Below are positions 45,901 through 48,800 of a stretch of DNA of 48,800 bases, piece by piece. The notes under the pieces were generated by a model. That model had not been told where the DNA came from. It made no database searches and saw only the letters and a list, made by a program, of their open reading frames with translations. Source of the DNA: an uncultured Gammaproteobacteria bacterium. Its GTDB lineage: Bacteria > Patescibacteriota > Patescibacteriia > VMEV01 > CAZAJQ01. Every line of letters starts with the position of its first letter. Within the stretch, counting starts at the first letter, position 1. Where the stretch lies: positions 38,292-87,091 of the forward strand of contig CAZAJQ010000004.1 in assembly GCA_964485795.1 (NCBI GenBank). The letters run 5' to 3'. Position numbers and translations under genes: made by a program.

Positions 45901-46266
45901 TCAGGAGAACATTTTCCCCAGACGGTAGAGAAGGGTCTGCCTTTCCAACCCCTTGAGAAGAAATTTCGCACCGATTTGCTTTGCTTGAGCGCGTAAACTA
46001 TCCTCGTTTGAGGCCGAATAAAGACAGATGAGGATGCCTTTCCCCTTAAGAGTATCGGAGTAAATACTTGCGATATCGTTTCCCTTCATACCCGGCATAT
46101 TGAGATCGATCAGGAGCAGATCAAAGGCGCTTTGCTTCGCAAAAATGAGCTTATTCGCTTCCGCCATATTTTCCACCCATGAAATCACATAATCAGTACC
46201 CGCAAGTTGATATACCAGGAGCTCATAGGAGTCCCGTGAGTCGTCGATCAGTAAAATACGTTTCAT
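45901..46266 (-). CDS. Single-domain response regulator (CheY-like receiver, no output domain)
   Basis: MKRILLIDDSRDSYELL...DLLLIDLNMPGMKGNDI...ICLYSAS...KGL contains the DD, phospho-acceptor D, S/T and K positions of receiver domains. The ORF opens at 46344, inside parS site 6. Confidence 0.8.
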   Translation of the reverse strand: MKRILLIDDSRDSYELLVYQLAGTDYVISWVENMAEANKLIFAKQSAFDLLLIDLNMPGMKGNDIASIYSDTLKGKGILICLYSASNEDSLRAQAKQIGAKFLLKGLERQTLLYRLGKMFS

Positions 46267-46343
46267 AAAACTTCCTCCTGAAAATAACGCGAATAGTTCC
46301 CACATGGAATTGTAGGTTTTTTTATAAAAAAAGCAAAGAGTCA

Positions 46344-46359
46344 TGTTTCACATGAAACA
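46344..46359. promoter_or_regulatory. parS site 6 (one mismatch)
   Basis: TGTTTCACATGAAACA. The central CACGTG is changed to CACATG. Confidence 0.6.
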
Positions 46360-46540
46360 TTTTGATGTGGGACGTGCAGGTGACGGGTCCTGTCTTCCTT
46401 CGACAGGCTCAGGATGACAGGGGGGCGGGGACGTGTAAGGGAGGGATAAACAAGAAGGATGGGTAGGGAGGAACATACAAGTTCCTTCCTACCCATCCAT
46501 CCATCCTTCCTTCCCTATGTGTTCATCCCTACCTTCTTCC
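46360..46540 (+). repeat. parS-associated structured repeat E4 (no closing parS)
   Basis: TTTTGATGTGGG...GGGTCCTGTCTTCCTTCGACAGGCTCAGGATGACAGGGGGGCGGGGACGTGTAAGGGAGGGATAAACAAG. Hairpin at 46457-46498 (GGATGGGTAGGGAGGAAC, ATACAA, GTTCCTTCCTACCCATCC). The tail matches E3. Confidence 0.8.
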
Positions 46541-46823
46541 ATAAAGTTAAGAGGACGTTAAAGTGGATATACTGTGGAAAAGTAGCACACTAGAATGTTT
46601 TTTTATACTTTAGTCAAATTTATCACTTTCATATCATGATGCATCAAATATCCATTTCATCGTCGATCATGATATTCTGCACTTTTCAGGGAGATAGTTT
46701 TTTTGGCTTATTGAAAGCAATTTTTTTGAGTACACCAGCATTGTTTCGAAGCGTGAAACGATGTCGCTTGGAGAAGGAATGGCATGATTTTGAAGGATAT
46801 TTATTTTCGGTTTTAAAATTCAT

Positions 46824-46850
46824 TTATCCACAGGTCTTGTGGATGGATAA
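46824..46850. promoter_or_regulatory. Inverted DnaA-box-like pair
   Basis: TTATCCACA, GGTCT, TGTGGATGGATAA. The TCCACA-N5-TGTGGA inverted repeat resembles the pair at 3026-3046. Confidence 0.4.
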
Positions 46851-46930
46851 TTCAGAGGGATGGTTATTTTATGAAAAAAAATCGCGGGAAGCGATTTTTT
46901 TTAAAAAACGGATGGTTCGTGGAGACTTCC

Positions 46931-48202
46931 TCACTTCGTATAGAGAAGCGGGTTTTTTCTGGTTCCATTGATGACAACCTCGAAGTGAAGATGCGACCCG
47001 GTGGACCATCCCGTGGATCCCATGCGGCAGATGGTCTCTCCTCGGGAAACTTCTTGACCGACATTGACGTAGAGTTCACTGCAATGAGCATATCTGGTTT
47101 GCATACCGTTGCCGTGATCAATGACGATATGAAGTCCATAGCCCGTTCCCCAGCCGGAACGCGTTATTTTTCCGGCCTCCGCGGCGAAGATCGGAGAGGT
47201 GAAGTCGCCGTCGATATCGAGTCCGGTATGACGCCAGTTGAAATACTGTGTGATCACACGACCGGGAGTGGGCCAAAGAAGGACGGAATCGCTTCTTTCC
47301 GTGGAACGGGGAGGCACGAGAACTTTTTTGATTTTCGCGACCTTGCTTTCCGGCGCGGTGAGCGATGGAGCCGGCTTGCGACCCCGTGGAATGATGAGTG
47401 TGTCTCCGGCGATAAGGTCATCGCTGGAAAAAAGGTTATTGAAGCTCAGGACATCCTCCTCCTGTGCATCGTATTTTTCAGAGATGCCTTTGATTGTATC
47501 GCCCTTCTGCACTTTATGCGACACACCGGTTACCGGAAGAATACGGAGTTTTTGACCCAGTTTTATGACGCTTTGGTAGGAGAGATTATTTTCCCACAGC
47601 AACGTATTGGTCGTGACTCCAAAGGTTGCGGCTATGCTGCTGACCGTGTCTCCGGTTTGAACGGTATAAATTTCGATTTTTTTTCTTTCCGTTTGCGCGG
47701 TATCGGTGGCGAGAATTTCCGGTTTTACGACGGCACCTCCTTGTGTGATGGCTGGTGTTCCTTCTGGCGTTTGAAATTGTACGGGTTCCAAAGATGGCAA
47801 AGTTGATACTCCCGACGTTTGTGAAAGCAGCTGCTGCGTTTGTTCCGGAAGACGGTTGGAAGCGAATTCCTCGATCTCGACGTTTTCATTGAGATAGATG
47901 AATATCATGCTTTTTTTTCCTATCTCGCTGTTTCCTTTCGCTTGAATGCTGTCGGCCATAATAATGATCGCTAGGAACACAATGGTAATGTGAACGAGTG
48001 ATTTTGAATGAAATGGGATAAGGATTTTATTTTTTGCCGGCGCAAAAATTTTATAAATCGGTTTGCGGAATGCGAGATACAATTTATAAATATAGAAAAT
48101 TATTTTTCGAAGAAAAAAACGATAGACAAGTCGAAGAGGGGAGATGATGATTTTTGAAAATATCCATACAAAAATATCCAGCGCTTTTTTAAAAAGACGC
48201 AA
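46931..48202 (-). CDS. Membrane-anchored LysM-domain M23 metallopeptidase
   Basis: N-terminal TM helix. Two LysM repeats (YTVQTGDTVSSIAATFGVTTNTLLWENNL and HKVQKGDTIKGISEKYDAQEEDVLSFNNL). M23 motifs HTGLDIDG and GSTGWSTGSHLHFEV. The table start is a TTG. Confidence 0.9.
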   Translation of the reverse strand: MRLFKKALDIFVWIFSKIIISPLRLVYRFFLRKIIFYIYKLYLAFRKPIYKIFAPAKNKILIPFHSKSLVHITIVFLAIIIMADSIQAKGNSEIGKKSMIFIYLNENVEIEEFASNRLPEQTQQLLSQTSGVSTLPSLEPVQFQTPEGTPAITQGGAVVKPEILATDTAQTERKKIEIYTVQTGDTVSSIAATFGVTTNTLLWENNLSYQSVIKLGQKLRILPVTGVSHKVQKGDTIKGISEKYDAQEEDVLSFNNLFSSDDLIAGDTLIIPRGRKPAPSLTAPESKVAKIKKVLVPPRSTERSDSVLLWPTPGRVITQYFNWRHTGLDIDGDFTSPIFAAEAGKITRSGWGTGYGLHIVIDHGNGMQTRYAHCSELYVNVGQEVSRGETICRMGSTGWSTGSHLHFEVVINGTRKNPLLYTK

Positions 48203-48460
48203 GAGTATGGCGAGAAATCGAATGGAGAATTTTTTTACAAAAAAAATATGGATTTGCTCAAAAATTAAAAAAGGGGATCATTTCCCCAGTAACCGTAACG
48301 TTTTCGCGAGGAGCAGTCAATGATCCGTAAATGTCAGAAATTGATTTTTTTCGCTTATTTCATTACACTTTCGAACATGAATCGCGCAATCGTTTACTGA
48401 AAGGTTTGGAAACGCTATTCTGGGAAAGATGGCGCAATTGCGATTTATTTTTTTTAAGTC

Positions 48461-48532
48461 GGTCACGTAGCCAAGCGGTAAGGCAGCGGTTTGCAAAACC
48501 GTTATTCGTGGGTTCGATCCCCACCGTGACCT
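48461..48532 (+). tRNA. tRNA-Cys (anticodon GCA)
   Basis: Acceptor GGTCACG/CGTGACC, anticodon arm GCGGT-TTGCAAA-ACCGT, T arm GTGGG-TTCGATC-CCCAC. Confidence 0.85.
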
Positions 48533-48562
48533 TACATACATTATCATCTTGATCGGTTACCT

Positions 48563-48800
48563 ATGGATCACTCATATTACTCGCCGAAAAACATTGAAAA
48601 TAAATGGCAAGATTTTTGGGAACAAGAGAAGATTTTTCATTTTGACGAGAAGTCGGGAAAAGAAAAAAAATACATACTCGACATGTTCCCGTATCCATCG
48701 GCGGCAGGTCTTCATGTCGGGCATCCGGAGGGCTACACGGGGACGGATATCCTTTCGCGATCTTTACATATGGATGGGTGGGATGGTTTGCACCCGCTGG
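48563..48800 (+). CDS. leuS: Leucine--tRNA ligase (N-terminal fragment, continues past the window)
   Basis: MDHSYYSPKNIENKWQDFWEQEKIF...YILDMFPYPSAAGLHVGHPEGYTGTDI (HIGH-region signature of LeuRS). Confidence 0.9.
   Translation, partial: MDHSYYSPKNIENKWQDFWEQEKIFHFDEKSGKEKKYILDMFPYPSAAGLHVGHPEGYTGTDILSRSLHMDGWDGLHPL

Noticed and set aside
44640-46550. Possible CRISPR array
   Set aside because: The repeated units are 140-250 bp with internal structure. The only short exact repeat is the 16-bp parS palindrome, at irregular spacing (158-550 bp). There are no cas genes, and protein-coding genes lie between the copies.
46636-46971. 111-aa ORF (+)
   Set aside because: No motif. Its 3' end overlaps the convergent M23 peptidase gene, and it spans a DnaA-box-like palindrome. 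Probably non-coding.
46871-47806. 311-aa ORF on the + strand
   Set aside because: It is the antisense shadow of the LysM/M23 peptidase gene, which has unambiguous LysM and HxxxD/HxH motifs.
1-48800. Prophage, transposon or insertion sequence
   Set aside because: No integrase, transposase, recombinase, capsid or terminase-like translation was found in any of the listed ORFs. The only mobile-element-like signals are the non-autonomous hairpin and GC-rich repeats reported above.

Overview
This window looks like the origin-proximal part of a small, gene-dense, moderately AT-rich bacterial genome that uses the standard genetic code. Gene content and style suggest a CPR/Patescibacteria-type organism, but that is inference only. 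All calls come from reading the ORF translations and the DNA by eye. Start codons are best guesses, and no HMM, BLAST or folding was run.

Layout:
- 1-9.2 kb: housekeeping genes (nusA 3' part, ppa, tig, a DksA/TraR zinc finger, lspA, comM) and an SOS-type operon (lexA, four-helix-bundle protein, Y-family polymerase) with a Cheo-like LexA box.
- 9.3-13.3 kb: a visibly AT-richer block (NUDIX, methyltransferase, GT2) bracketed by two inverted divergent Tmk-like kinases.
- 14-20.5 kb: tRNA-Arg, bactofilin, a lipid kinase, then the classic yidC-yidD-rnpA-rpmH <> dnaA-oriC-dnaN core, with DnaA boxes and an AT-rich unwinding element between dnaA and dnaN.
- 20.5-31.3 kb: PBP1A, a six-hairpin glycosidase, ruvC, yebC, a GT-C-like membrane protein, galU and an orphan solute-binding lipoprotein.
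- 31.3-40.6 kb: the standout feature. Sixteen consecutive same-strand paralogs encode small proteins with a signal peptide and two TM helices, resembling VirB2/TrbC pilins. One gene is a four-domain concatemer, giving 19 domain copies. No secretion ATPase or channel gene is in the window. Three intergenic gaps in the array carry structured hairpin repeats.
- 40.6-44.4 kb: yraN, a MerR-HTH/GHKL-ATPase + DUF4325 pair, and a TrxR-like flavoprotein lacking the CxxC site.
- 44.6-46.5 kb: an island of six consensus parS palindromes interleaved with four copies of a structured GC-rich repeat. These bracket a small unknown gene and an orphan CheY-like receiver.
- 46.9-48.8 kb: a LysM/M23 peptidase, tRNA-Cys and the leuS 5' end.

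No transposase, integrase, CRISPR array, rRNA or reverse transcriptase was seen.
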